63,804 nucleotides of DNA, filler included, from Octopus bimaculoides (GCF_001194135.2; 6 parts of 5 records of this genome joined end to end with filler, not necessarily neighbours in it), one strand, 5' to 3'; counted from the first letter of the whole stretch, positions 37,572 through 50,544 are shown. The notes: generated by a model not told the origin, from the sequence alone. Translations and numbers: made by a program.

Positions 37572-38648
37572 AATATACATATACGCATACATATATAAAT
37601 ACAATGCATATATACACACAAACACATATACATACACGTATGTATGGTTATATATATACGTACGTATATATATAACCAGTTGGTAAATAAACAAAATTAA
37701 ACGGTTAGATAGTTCCATAATTTTTTATAAAAATAAGAGTTAACTGAAAATCATCAGAAGTTTAAATAAAAGTCTACATAGATACACCTACAATATATAT
37801 GCATATAACTCAAATACTCCAGTGATGTGTCCAAAATACTTCTTCAACTTGTGTACAATATTTCAATAGTATACGCCATTTTGTAAGTAATAGTGTGGCC
37901 GAAAAGTCGGGGACTGATTTACAAAGTAGTTTCACTTTAAACCGACCCCCCACTTTATGATCAACACCATTAAACCCAAATCAAAACAAACACAGGTGAA
38001 ACAAACAAAAAATGGCCGAAAAATCAACTCTATGCAAGCAGCACATGTATAGGGTCTTCTTTTTCAGTATGTATGCTTTTTTTACATTAAAAACAACCAA
38101 CTAAACCAAAACAATAAAAGCCATAATGTATCTACCTGGCTTTCGGACAGTGGTCAAACTAGCCAATGGCCATAAGAATAGCTTCAGTTTTTGGCCTTCC
38201 TTCGCATATACACACAGCTGATGGCTTCCACCTAAATATACACAAACCTAATATCCGTGTGTACGAGAGAGAGTGTGGCTAACTACTTCTCCTCCACCTT
38301 CGCCTTTCTCTTTACTTTGTCTTTCTTTTGCACTACCTCCTTTAACGTCTTCTGTCTTTCTTTTTCTCCCCAACCCTCTTCTTCTACCTAGTACCTCTCA
38401 CTCGACCTCATTTCTCTCTCATATACTTCTTTCCCCTCTTTGTTTATCTAACACGTCTCACACTTCCAACTCTGTCGGTATTAGTCTTTCTCTTTCTGTC
38501 TTCACCTCTTTATGTGCTCATATACGCTCTTTCTTTTCTCTCTCATTGCATGTTTAACTCTCCTTTTATTTACACACTTCTCTTCACTCCTCCCTCAACT
38601 ATAATTACACGTCTTTCAAGCAACTCACGTATTATGTATGTATATACG

Positions 38649-38684
<36 letters not shown>

Positions 38685-39214
38685 AGTCCAGACACACACA
38701 CACAAGGTATCATTATCTCATGGGAAAGTTACTGCAACGAGACTTTCATCCTATCCAGGGGTTGATTTGTCTCTCATCTGGTAAGCTGAAATATGAAACG
38801 ATTAACTCTCAAAGTGTGTGTGTGTGTTTATATATATTAAAGCCATACAAAACTAGCTTGTCAAAATACACAATACACTTCCGAATTGTTAAATTGTTTT
38901 CAAAAAAATAGCTCAGTACATAGACATATGTGTGTACACAATAACGAGGAAACAGCTACGGGCGCTAGTCCTACTAGACACAGCAGCCAAATTTACCTCG
39001 AATCACAACCTTTTGTTTTCAAACGAATAAACAATGAATGTGTTGGGCAATGTAATTCTAGATATGTATGTTGGGCAATGTAATTCTAGATATGTGGTCA
39101 CAGCTGGATCGCCTTTGATATAGAGACCTGTGCTAACTGAGCTGAGCTTGGCTTATATGTGTATACACATGCATGTGTGAGTGTATAAATGCACATAGTT
39201 GTTGTTTACTCCCA

Positions 39215-39425
39215 AGTCAAATTCAGTGCCACAGATACACTTTCAGCTTCATACCTATTATTATTGGAGCAACAGGATACATACCAACCCATCTGGAGCA
39301 GAGTATGGTTGAACTTGGGATCTTGGGAAGAGAATGCAAATCCTTAATTTATAAACTACAAACCGATAATGATAACTGAAACTATAAAAATCTGCAAGAC
39401 TTTCTTAAAATTTAAAGAATAAAGA
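39215..39425 (+). mobile_element. R4/Dong-like LINE extreme 3' coding end
   Basis: YTFSFIPIIIGATGYIPTHLEQSMVELG...LIYKLQ / KICKTFLKFKE*. Confidence 0.7.
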
Positions 39426-40038
39426 ACAAAACAGGATGTTTTCCCTAACAACCTTGCTATCAAGTAGATGGCCAGTCAAAATTTAATCTAAATTAAAAAG
39501 AGAAAGAGAACATACATATGTATATGTCAAAAGACAATCTTTATATCCAACTTAACTCGGATGTCTTGTTGGAGTGCCTAAGTTATTAGCCTTAAGAGAT
39601 CCTCTCATATAAGTGCATGGTGTATAAAAGCACAGACAACAATCGTCTATTATGGGTGACGGGACTTCCATATCACATGGTTTAGGTCCACTAAGCTTCA
39701 TCAGTGGGATGCACCCAGAGATTGCATACCAACTAAATCTCACTACCATGATATATAGAATATCAGCATCTTTTCAAACACTGATGTTGCAAATAGTCAG
39801 CTGGCTTGTGAAAAATTAATATTAGTTCCAAAAGGCAATATTTATATCCAACTTAACATGGACTTCTTGTTCAAGCACCAAATATTGTGTTATTAATCTT
39901 GAAAAATCCTCTCATATAGACACATATACAGACATTGATTGCAGCAATCAATAATCGTGATATGGGAATTCTGGTGCCCACAAAGGACAATTCTCATCTA
40001 TTGCAATTTACATCTGTGCTTTTATGCTATGTGTCTAT

Positions 40039-40805
40039 AGGGCTTTCCTATAAGTAGGTTATCTCCCTTGGCTAGGCGGCGCTCCATGTAGATAATTAAA
40101 CTTCCGGAGGCTAACCCACGCCATTGTTATTGTTTTACGTCTTATCATAGATATAAAGCAGCTTGATGATTCAGCTATCGAAGTACTTACTGTGCCTGAG
40201 TTAAAGAAATATTTAAGATTATATGGACAGTATGTTACTGGAAGAAAGGCGGACTTGATTGAAAGGTATAAAAATTCTGTCGATATGTCAACAAAGTAAA
40301 TTCATCGGACGATAAGTCTGAAGTATCGGACGATACTTCAGACAGGAATAAGCAGAAGCTTATATCTCCTCTCGGTGAAGTATTGCCTGATCTAAAGATC
40401 TTTGTAGGTTGCCGAATTTCACAGATAATGACNNNNNNNNNNNNNNNNNNNNNNNNNNNNNNNNNNNNNNNNNNNNNNNNNNNNNNNNNNNNNNNNNNNN
40501 NNNNNNNNNNNNNNNAACAGTTAAGGAGTGGCATATTTTACCACGACAGACACGTACACAGCATCGAATACCACGATGTGAGTGAAAGCTGCTCTCACTG
40601 TATTGTCCGGTGTCTGGTAATCCCTTCGATACCGACATCAAACCAAAAAAAGAATCCTGACCACAGAGTGTGGGTAATTATGTCAAATGTCACTGGCAAT
40701 GTGCATTCAGCTGATTGCAACTGTTAAAGCAAGTCACTGAGCATGCGTACATGTCATACGGGAGAGTTCCAATCAGGGGTGGATAACACCTTATAGGAAA
40801 GCCCT
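40039..40805 (+). mobile_element. Internally deleted ISL2EU-like (PIF/Harbinger-related) DNA transposon, 767 bp
   Basis: TIRs AGGGCTTTCCTATAAG(TAG)GTTATC and GATAAC(AC)CTTATAGGAAAGCCCT, flanked by AT on both sides; SAP and SWIM-like coding remnants inside. Confidence 0.65.
40155..40727 (+). pseudogene. SAP-domain plus SWIM-finger-like ORF2 remnant
   Basis: KQLDDSAIEVLTVPELKKYLRLYGQYVTGRKADLIER (SAP) and IVRCLVIPSIPTSNQKKNPDHRVWVIMSNVTGNVHSADCNC* (start of a SWIM-type finger); interrupted by a stop and an 84-N gap. Confidence 0.7.
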
Positions 40806-41667
40806 ATATGAGAAGGCTTCTCAGGGTTAATAATGCAGTATTCAGTGTTCCAATAAGACATCTATGTTAAGATGGATATAAAGATTGCTTTTGGTACTAA
40901 TACTACTTCCATTGCTAATAATTAATACATACGTGTGTGTGTGTGGTTTGAGCGTAAGAATGGATGCTTCAGTTCATGACAATGATACCATTTGAGTTTT
41001 AGCTCTTTTCAGGTTAAACTCCCTCTATTGTGTAATCATATGGGGTTCTATGTGGTATGAGGAGAGCTATAACATATAAAGAATGGATTAATAATGAGAG
41101 AAAAGAACATGAGTTTGAACTTGGTATTCCTTTACTTCCTCTGTTACAAATGTTTTAGTATTTAGTAAGACATGGTATCACATTATAAATGCAATCCTTA
41201 GATGCACAATCAAACTAAACGTTCCTCAGACAGATGAAAAATACAGGTTACAAACATGCAGACACCATATTTAAATATCCAAGAGGTACAAGGTCTGTAG
41301 GAGGAGGGGGAATGGAGTAAGGTGAGACAAAATCTGGGCCCTCACCACACCAAATTTAAATTAGTGTAGATAAGAAATCAGGGTCAGCCACCAACTGGGA
41401 TTTGGGGACATAAGTCACAATTACATGAGAAGGAAGATGGGTGAGTGAGTAGATAATGTGTCTGAATGGTTGGCAGATAGTTTAAGTGTTATAAATCAAT
41501 ACATTGCTAGTGAGTTAGTGGCATACCTTATGATAGACGTTTCTGACCGTATACCAAGGTACATACATACAAGCATACAGATATATACTCACATACTTGC
41601 ATTCACACACACACACACTGATGCATATTTACACACACATCTTTATAAATCTATATCTATCTATCTG

Positions 41668-41955
41668 AGTGGATTTGGCAGACGGAAACTGAAAGAAGCC
41701 CATTGTTTGTTTGTTTGTGTGTGTGTGTGTATGTAGGAGGTTTTTGTGTTTATGTTTGTCCCTTGCCACCACTTGACATCCAGTGTTGGTATGTTAATGT
41801 CCCCATAACTTAGCGGTTTGATAAAATAGACCAATAAAATAAGTAACAGGCTTACAAAAATAAATACTGGGTCAATTCATTTGATTAAAACTCCTCTAAG
41901 ACAGTGCCTAGCATGAACACAGTCTAATGACTAAAACAAGTTAAAGATAAAAGAT
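41668..41955 (+). mobile_element. SINE family B body and tail, strongly CpG-depleted
   Basis: GAGTGGATTTGGCAGACGGAAACTGAAAGAAGCCC...GACTAAAACAAG. Confidence 0.85.
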
Positions 41956-42801
41956 ATACAATATATATNNNNNNNNNNNNNNNNNNNNNNNNNNNNNNNN
42001 NNNNNNNNNNNNNNNNNNNNNNNNNNNNNNNNNNNNNNNNNNNNNNNNNNNNNNNNNNNNNNNNNNNNNNNNNNNNNNNNNNNNNNNNNNNNNNNNNNNN
42101 NNNNNNNNNNNNNNNNNNNNNNNNNNNNNNNNNNNNNNNNNNNNNNNNNNNNNNNNNNNNNNNNNNNNNNNNNNNNNNNNNNNNNNNNNNNNNNNNNNNN
42201 NNNNNNNNNNNNNNNNNNNNNNNNNNNNNNNNNNNNNNNNNNNNNNNNNNNNNNNNNNNNNNNNNNNNNNNNNNNNNTATATAATATATATATATATATA
42301 TAATATATAATATATATATATATAATATTATGAATTACAGAGTCTTCACATGTTTTTCAATAGTGAATATTTATATGTTGCATGGTAATTGTTAGATAGA
42401 CAATTGTATAATCACCTTGAAACACCAGATCTTCAGAAGAAAATAGCACTGCCTACCAAATGAAGTTGGTAAATAACCATAGATTAAATTACTGTCTTCA
42501 CCTGATGAACTGTTTTTTCTTAGGTGCTTATGCAATTCTTTAGCTAACAATTACCACATAACATATTAGTATTTGCTATTGAAACACATGTAAATGTTAA
42601 GTGATTTATAATGTTGAAATAAAAAGATATACTATATTTTATTATGCTCTTGGATATGCACCCTGTAAATTATTTAAATATATACAATACCAGAAGTAAG
42701 CGGGAAGACAAATAATGTTTAATATTTGGTTGGAATTTGGCTATAATGGTTTTGCTTGGAGTTCTAAGCATTGGTTAATCTCATTCAAAATAGTAATTTT
42801 T

Positions 42802-42836
<35 letters not shown>

Positions 42837-42840
<4 letters not shown>

Positions 42841-43043
42841 AGGGGATGCTGAAAAGTTCCTGCCTTTAAGGGCCTGGCTGGAAGCCCAACCTTCCGAGTT
42901 CTTTTGCAGGGCTTAGAAAGACTGAAAGACCGCTGTTAAGTGTGTGAATCTGAGAGGGGAATATGTTGTATAAAATCTTAATTAACTAATCATCCTGTAT
43001 TTTCTTTTACCCAAAGCCAAGTACTTTTCAACATCCCTTTGTA
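42837..43043 (+). mobile_element. Mariner-derived MITE
   Basis: TIRs AAGGGGATGCTGAAAAGTTCCTG and CCAAGTACTTTTCAACATCCCTT; internal remnant GLERLKDRC*..LRGEYV of a mariner transposase C-terminus. Confidence 0.75.
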
Positions 43044-43759
43044 TGTTTGTGTAGATATAGATAAATAGATAGATAGACAGTTATAGATAATATATATCTA
43101 ACGAAGCTAAGCGAGCCAAAACTTCAAAGTCTCTGTCAATCAATTCCTTGTAAAAGCTTAATATGTACTCTTCTAAAAAGTATTGAGCAATCCTTTAGAT
43201 TAATGTTAAAATATTTTTACATATAACTTAACATAAAAATAAACATTAATATATATGTTTGTGTGTGTAAACAAATAATACACACACACACATACATGTA
43301 TATACTAGTCTGGTCCAGTGATCCTAGTCGATCATGGAATGGTTATCTCCCCTGTTTATATATATATTGACATATATATATCTGTCTATATATATCTCCC
43401 CTGTGTATATATATTGTGTGCTTCACACAGCATTAGGAGAGGAGTTTTTAACTCTTATTTCTTGCAATATAGATGCTTCAGCACCCTCAGTCACAACTAG
43501 TGAAAATAAAATTTTTCCTTTATGGTCTTATATTGGCTAAAGAAAATAGTCTAATATTGGGATATATAAGCCCTCAACATAAAAAAAATGGGTGTTAGTA
43601 TGTACAGGAATTGACATGGTAAGTGTGCAAACCAATTACACCAACCTACCCAACCACTCATTTCTTCCCATTAGATTTAAGAACTATAATTTCATTATGT
43701 TTTTTTAAAACAATTATGTTCATTTTCTGCATTAAATGAAGAAGCGGTGATGAGTAACA

Positions 43760-44038
43760 ATTCTGTAAATAATAATGATAATTATAAGCTTAAAACTTAT
43801 AAGTGATCACCTTGTATTGGCTAAAGATAATGAGTGAGCAGGTTGGTGTAATCAGTTAGCACACTTATTGTGAATAGAAGAGGTGTAGGTTCAATTCCCA
43901 TGCATACTAACACCCACTTTTTTTTTTTTTTTATCAAGGGCTTTTATTCCCCAGTTTTAGACTATTTTCTGTAGCCAACACATGGCGATTGCTTATAAGC
44001 TTTAAGCTTATAATTATTATTATTATTATTTACAGAAT
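43760..44038. mobile_element. Unclassified foldback/MITE-like element with ~64-bp inverted arms and a tRNA-like core
   Basis: Arm 43760-43823 is the imperfect reverse complement of 43972-44038; the core has TGGTGTAATCAGTTAG and GGTTCAATTCC boxes; an inverted partial copy of the core lies at 43533-43662. Confidence 0.65.
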
Positions 44039-44041
44039 ATA

Positions 44042-44259
44042 AGCTGGCAAAAATGTTTGCACATCAGGCAAAATGCTTAGGGGAATTTCATCTGTCTTTT
44101 CTACCTGAGTTCAAATTCTGCCGTGGTCAACTTTGCCTTTCATCCTTTCGCCGGGAGTGTGGGGGGGCATGACGTAAGTACCAGTTACGCACTGGGAATT
44201 GATGAAATCGATTTGCCCCATCCCCTAAATTTCAGGCCTTGTGCCTATTGTAGAAAGGA
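44042..44259 (+). mobile_element. SINE family A with flanking direct repeat
   Basis: TTATTTACAGAATATA at 44026-44041 and 44260-44275 (TSD, partly overlapping the TTA tail). Confidence 0.9.
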
Positions 44260-44330
44260 TTATTTACAGAATATATATTGTTTATAAGCTTTAAGCTTAT
44301 ATTTATTATTATTATTTACAGACTATATTC

Positions 44331-44660
44331 TTTCTTTTATTATTTTACTTGTTTCAGTCATTTGACTGTGGCTATGCTGGAGCACCACCTTTAGTCGAGC
44401 AAATCGACCCCCAGGATTTATTCTTTGTAAACCTAATACTTATTCTATCGATCTCTTTTGCTGAAAGCGATGTTGGGGGGACAAACACAAACACACACAC
44501 GATCTTCTTTCAGTTTCCATCAACGAAATCCACTCACAAGGCTTCGATTGGCCTGAATCTATAGTAGAAGATACTTGCCCAAGGTGCCATGCAATGGGAC
44601 TGAACCCAGAACCATGTGGTTAGTAAACAAGCTACTTACCACACAGCCACTCCTGCGCCT
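44331..44660 (-). mobile_element. SINE family B with internal deletions
   Basis: Tail, body and head blocks all present. Confidence 0.85.
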
Positions 44661-44665
44661 ATATA

Positions 44666-45932
44666 TATCAGATCATCCCATAAGTAATGTCTGGATTTTA
44701 AATAAGGAAAACAAGCGATCGAATCTTTACATTTTAATGAAACTTAATCATCAATATCGTTTCCATGATTATCTATGACGTCTTTCCATCTACTCGTAAG
44801 CTTTTTAATCTCATTAGTAAAATGCTATTTCGGTTTCAAAGAGAAGAACTCTAAAAGGTTAGTTTCAACTTACTCAGTTGTTTCAAGAGTTAATCTATCC
44901 AAAATATTCTGTAAACTACAGAACAAATGGTAATCGGAAGGAGCAAGGTCTGGGGAATAATGCGGTTGAACAATTTTATCCCGTCCAGGTTCCTTGATCT
45001 TCAGTGATGTGATCTTCGCAGAGTGGGGGGGTCTTGCTTTGTCCTGATGAAACAACACTCCTCTCGGTTCACTAAAGCAGGACTTTTTTTCTTCAAAACA
45101 GCATGCAAATGCTCTAACCGCTGACAGTAGATTTGAGCATTGATTGTTGCATTAGTTGGTAGCTACTCAAAGTGGATGCCTCCTTTGGAATCCTACCAAA
45201 CAGAGAGATGAGCCTTCTTCACATGGAGTTCCTATTCTGGTTGTAGTTGGGCCCCTTTCCCCCTCGCTAAGCCAATGTCTAGGACTCTTAACATTTTGGT
45301 AGTGGACCCATTTTTCATCACTGGTTACCTCTCTATCCCACGAGAATGAAGAGACGAGCTGAAGTCCACTCGGGATTTGTGGTTGGCTTCAGACACTTCA
45401 TGAAGCACCCATTTGCAAGTTTGGGGGCCTTTCCAAGCTCTTGAAGATGGCGGTGAATAGTTGTATGACATGAACAAAGCTTGCTTCCAAATTATTCAAC
45501 TGAAACTGCATGATCTTTTTCAAGTTCGCCCAAAATGAGCTAGTCATCAAACTCAACTGGAGGTTCTGTTCTGGCCTCTTCTGAAATTTCCAAATCTGAA
45601 TTTTACAAAACATCTTCTGCAAGTTCTTTTATTCATGCACTCTTGTCCATAAGCTGGGTGAATATTTTGAGTCGTTTCAGTTGCAGAGTTCCCTTTTGTA
45701 AACTAATAATGTATTATGTGCCTCAAATGCTCCTTAGACTATTCCATGTTTAAAGAGCTCTGATTAATGAAATTTCAATTACATTATCCTGCAAAATGAA
45801 ATTTAATTAGTTGAAATATGTCCAAATACATATAAATGTTACTTGATGTCATTAGACATTCTAACATACTGTTAAAGCATTTAGAAATTGACAATAAAGA
45901 AGTCTGGACATTACTTATGAGATGACCTGATA
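44666..45932 (-). mobile_element. Full-length decayed mariner element, 1267 bp
   Basis: TIRs TATCAGATCATCCCATAAGTAATGTCTGGA and TCTGGACATTACTTATGAGATGACCTGATA in TA context; LFHQDKARPPH and YSPDLAPSDYHLF motifs plus HTH remnants (TIHRHLQELGK). Confidence 0.9.
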
Positions 45933-46414
45933 TATATATTCTGTAAATAATAATAATCATAAGCTTAAAGCTTATAAGCAACCAAACACAGACATCTCCA
46001 AAGTAAACAGAGGCCATCGTTTCTGAAAGATTTATTTCTAGGAACAAAATAAAGTCATTTGATGCATTTAAATACTTAATCTAGTATCATATATTATACA
46101 TATATTATTATGACTCGTGGTGCATGTGCCCAACAGAGTATATCATAAGTCATCTTAATTGAAATATAGAACTTACTGAAAGTGCTCAGTGCATAATCAG
46201 AAGTAATTATAAATAATTCAGGACAGCAAACATAATCTCTAGTGAGAAAATGAGATAGGAAAAAAATATATATCCGATTTGCCACATTAAAGAAAATATC
46301 CTTAGAAGCATCTTGGTAATATATTCTCAGCAATATATTCTAATAGACGTGATTCTCTGTAATATATCCTAATATACATGCAATGAGATATAGAAAAAAA
46401 TATGGTCTAAATTT

Positions 46415-47770
46415 CAAATATTGGTTTCAAATTTTGGCACAAGGCCAGCAATTTCGGAGGAGAACCTAAGTTGAATACAACAACCCCATGGCTTTTGAAC
46501 CTAGAATGTAAAGACAGATAAAATGCTGCTAAATCAATTACATCTAACCTAGTGTCAGTTTGCTGCCTTAAAGAAAAGGATAAAGATTTTTCCCACATCA
46601 AAAGAGACTCATAGGATTGGTTTCTTGGTTTCTGTAGCAAATATATACCCTCCTGGAACAGATGTTAATCCATTCCAGGATTACTCATTTTTGCCAGCTG
46701 AGTGGACAGGAGCAACATGAAGTGAAGTGTTTTATTCAAGAACATGACAGGGTGCCTGGTCCAGTAATCAAAATCACTTAGCCATGCACCTCCACCAGCA
46801 TTGCAAATATTGGTTTCAAATTTTGGCACAATGCCAGCATGTTGGGGGTGGGGATTAGTCGATTACATCAACCCCAGAGCTGAACTGGTATTTATTTTAT
46901 CAACCCTGAAAAGATGAAAGACAAAGTTGACCTCAGCAGAATCAGTATTGCAAATATTAATATCTTTTCTACTGTAAGCACAAGGCCTGAAATTTTGGGG
47001 AAGTCGATTACATTGACCCCTAGTGCACAACTAGTACTTATTTTATCAACCCCAAAATAATGAAATGTAATGTCAACCTCGGTAAAATTTGAACTCAGAA
47101 CATAAATAGTAATAGTAGTAGTGTGGGGCCATGTGCTGTAACAGGGCATTGCTACATCCACCATTTTATTGGAGATTCACTATTCCTGGTAGATGACACC
47201 TTTGCACTATTCAGGCAACAACCCTCCAACCCATGGGTCTGTTTGGGTAGTTGTTACTGGTGTGGAGTTTATGAGGCTGGAGTGCAAGTCATACCGCAAC
47301 CTCTTTTAGTCACCATTTTGCAACACACAAGGGAAACATAGTGTCTATTTTTTGCATGCTGGTCCCCACATAGCACTAGAACAATGTGAAATGAAGCGTT
47401 TTGCTCCAGAACATAACATGTCGCCTGGTCTTAGAATCAAGCCCACAATCTGGCGATTGTAAGTACAATACTCTAACCACTAGACCATGTGACTTTATGT
47501 AAAGAGCCAAAAGAAATGCCACTAAACATGTCATCCAGCATGCTAACAATCCTGCCAGTTTACCACCTTACTGCAAATATCGGTTTCAAATTTTGGCATA
47601 AGGCCAGCAACTTTGGGTAAGTCAGTTGAATTGACCTTAGTACTCAACTGGTACTTATTTTATCAACCTTGAAAGGATGAAAGGCAAAGATGACCTCAGT
47701 GGAATTTGAAAAACAGACAAAATGCTGTTGAGCAATTTGCTTATGATCCTGCCAGCTCACCACCTTCCTT
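46415..47770 (-). mobile_element. Cluster of partial family A SINEs and CORE-like SINEs, CpG-depleted
   Basis: TATTGGTTTCAAATTTTGGCACAAGGCCAGCA-type ends at ~46417, 46808 and 47577; CORE-like blocks at 46640-46800 and 47370-47490. Confidence 0.8.
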
Positions 47771-47809
47771 ACTGAAAAATATTAATATCAAAGTAGATAA
47801 AGAGGTGCC

Positions 47810-49610
47810 AAGTTCTAATTGTGGTGGTACCTGTGGAAGGGATAGACCCAAGACGATGTAGGATGAAGTGGTGAGAATGGATCTTTGGAGGTTGGGCCTC
47901 ACTGATGAAATGATACGGGACTGGAAGATGTGGTGATTTGCTGTTCTTGATAAGCCAGGTCAAGCTAAGTAAAATCACTATCTTCCACACATACAGGCTT
48001 GTCTTTCAGGTGCTGGTGCCACTTAAAAAGCACTCATGCCAGTGCTGTGCTAACGCACCCATGCTGGTGCTGTGTTGGTGGCCTGTAAAAAGCACTCAGC
48101 ACACTCTGTTAAGTGGTTGGGTTTAGGAAGGGCACCCACCTGTAGACACTATGCCACAAAAACCAGTTGGAATCCAGACAGCATGGAAAGTGGACATTAA
48201 ATAATGATGATGATGATGATGATGATGATTATGATGATATCAGTTTGCCTAAACATGGCAGTATGTTTGGATTGCTAACTTAATCAGTTTTTAGAATATT
48301 CCATGTTATTAAAGGTGAAGTAGTATTGATATTTTGATTCTTTCTGTGTAATAACCATAATGTGCTCAATATTTTAAACGCAAAGTAAAACAATGTCATT
48401 AATTATTCATGCATGTATATACTCACAAAATACAATAGCAATTATTACTTTTAATATCCATCCTCCATGCTAACATAGGCTGGAAAATACGACAGTCTCC
48501 AGTAAGCTACAGGTTTGCTTCATGCTCTGATGTCTATTTTGGCATGGTTTCTTCAGCAAGGTGTCCTAAAGCCAATCATTTTATCAAGTGTTTTCTTTTT
48601 TCTTTTATTTATTATTATTGTGACACAAGCACTTGTGAGGTTGCCATGTAGCTTGCAAGACTATGAAATCTGAGAGGGTGAAGCCAGGATTAGGAGATGA
48701 GGTGGTTAAAGTATAAAAGAAGGAAGCAGAGAAGGTTTCTTGCTATAGATGAGCTACATGGTATGTATATGTATATATATATTTTCCTCACAGAGGCATT
48801 GACAAATGACTGAGACCTTTGTCAATATGCCGTGCTTGAGAAGAAGATCCATCAAGCCAAGTGAAATCGTAATCATGGCAGATAGCAGTGTCATGCGACT
48901 GGTACCCGTGCCAGAGGCACATAAAAGAAACCATTACACTCTCAGAGTAGTTGGCATTAGGAAGGGCATCCAGCTGTAGAAACCACACCAAATCAGATTG
49001 GAGTCTGGTGCAGCTCCTCAGTTTACCAGCTCTGGTCAAACCGTCCAACCCACACCAGCATGGACAATGGATGCTAAAAGATGATGATGATGATGATGAC
49101 ATACATACATGCATATATATTTATATCATCATCATCATTTAACATCCTTTTTCCATGTGGCATGGGTCATATATATGTTGTATAAACTCAATTTTCATTT
49201 TCATTTTTGTTCACTCTTGTTCTAATTATAGCATCACCTTGTCTAGTAAAATGTGCTGCGTTACCTTATGATCTTTGGTTGTTGAGCCTCTGAGACAATG
49301 ACAAGTGACTGAGACTTCTGGTGATTTACTGTGCTTAAATAGACATATCAAGCTGAGTGAATTATGGTCATTGCTAGTATTGGTGATATGTAAAAGGCAT
49401 CTGCACTGGTGATATGTAAAAAGGCCCCAATACAGTCTGTAAAGTGGTTGGCATTAGGAAGGACATTCAGCCGTAGAAACCAAGCCAAAACTGATGACTG
49501 GAGCCTGGTGCAGCTCTCCAGCTTACCAGTTCCAGTCAAACCATCCAACCCATGTCAGCATGGAAAACGGATGTTAAATGGTGATGATGATGATGATGAT
49601 GATGATGTCA
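47810..49610 (+). mobile_element. Cluster of RTE 3' remnants and RTE-tail SINE-like repeats (family E)
   Basis: Repeated GTGGTTGGCATTAGGAAGGGCATCCAGC...CCAACCCATGCCAGCATGGAAA..(GAT)n tails; degenerate GTCGRGRP/WDEVV-like coding at 47830-47950. Confidence 0.8.
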
Positions 49611-49879
49611 TAAATATGGATACCTTATTTTGCTAGCCGTTTGCCTGTCTTTCATTTTCAATTTTATTTCAGTAGTTCTTAGTTTTAGTCTTATTTTTAG
49701 CAAGTTCTTATTAACTTGTTGATTATCTTATCTGTCTCATATAACCATGCTGCTTGGTCGTTCACAGTGTGCCCTACCATTCTGCCCTCACTGCAACCAA
49801 GGTAGCCAGAGTATGTGATAGAATACTTAATTTTAGACTAGTTTTGCAAAATGGAACAGCAAATATTATTTCTGCATAC

Positions 49880-50215
49880 ACTCCTTAATTGGGGTTACCA
49901 GAGGAAAAGAAAGATCAATTTTATGACACTCTTTTGCAGACTATCACTTGGACAAATGTCAGTGACCTTCCCTTTGTGGCTGGTAACTTCAATGGACATT
50001 TTGAGCAGCATCTGGATGGCTACCATGGAGAGCATAGAGGCCATGGATTTGTAGGAAGGAACCAGGCTGCTGAAGTCTTGTGATGCAGATGAACTCATGA
50101 CCTGCAATTCTAACTTCAGGAAGCTAGCCAATCACCTGTTTGCCTATCAATCTTGTGAACACACAAGCCAGATTGACTACTTTCTCACCAGGAAACAGGA
50201 AAGATGGTTTCTTAT
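49880..50215 (+). mobile_element. RTE LINE apurinic endonuclease domain fragment
   Basis: GLPEEKKDQFYDTLLQ...VAGNFNGH...HRGHGF...NSNFRK...TSQIDYFLTRK. Confidence 0.85.
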
Positions 50216-50317
50216 AGATGCATATGTATTATGTACAGGAGTGTTTGTGTGTATGTATATGTATGTGTGTGTGGGCGTTTGTGTGTGCATGTATGTGTGT
50301 GTGTGTGCTAGTATGAA

Positions 50318-50348
<31 letters not shown>

Positions 50349-50544
50349 GTATGTATGTACGTGTGTGTATAGTTGTGTATGTTCCTATGTAGTTATTTGT
50401 AAATGTATGCAGATATATATGTGTGTATGAATACAAGTATGTTTGTGCATGTATGTGTGTACATGTCTGTATGTATATATATATATATGAATGTATACGT
50501 GGATGTGCATATAAACACACACATATATATATGCACAAAGGGTA

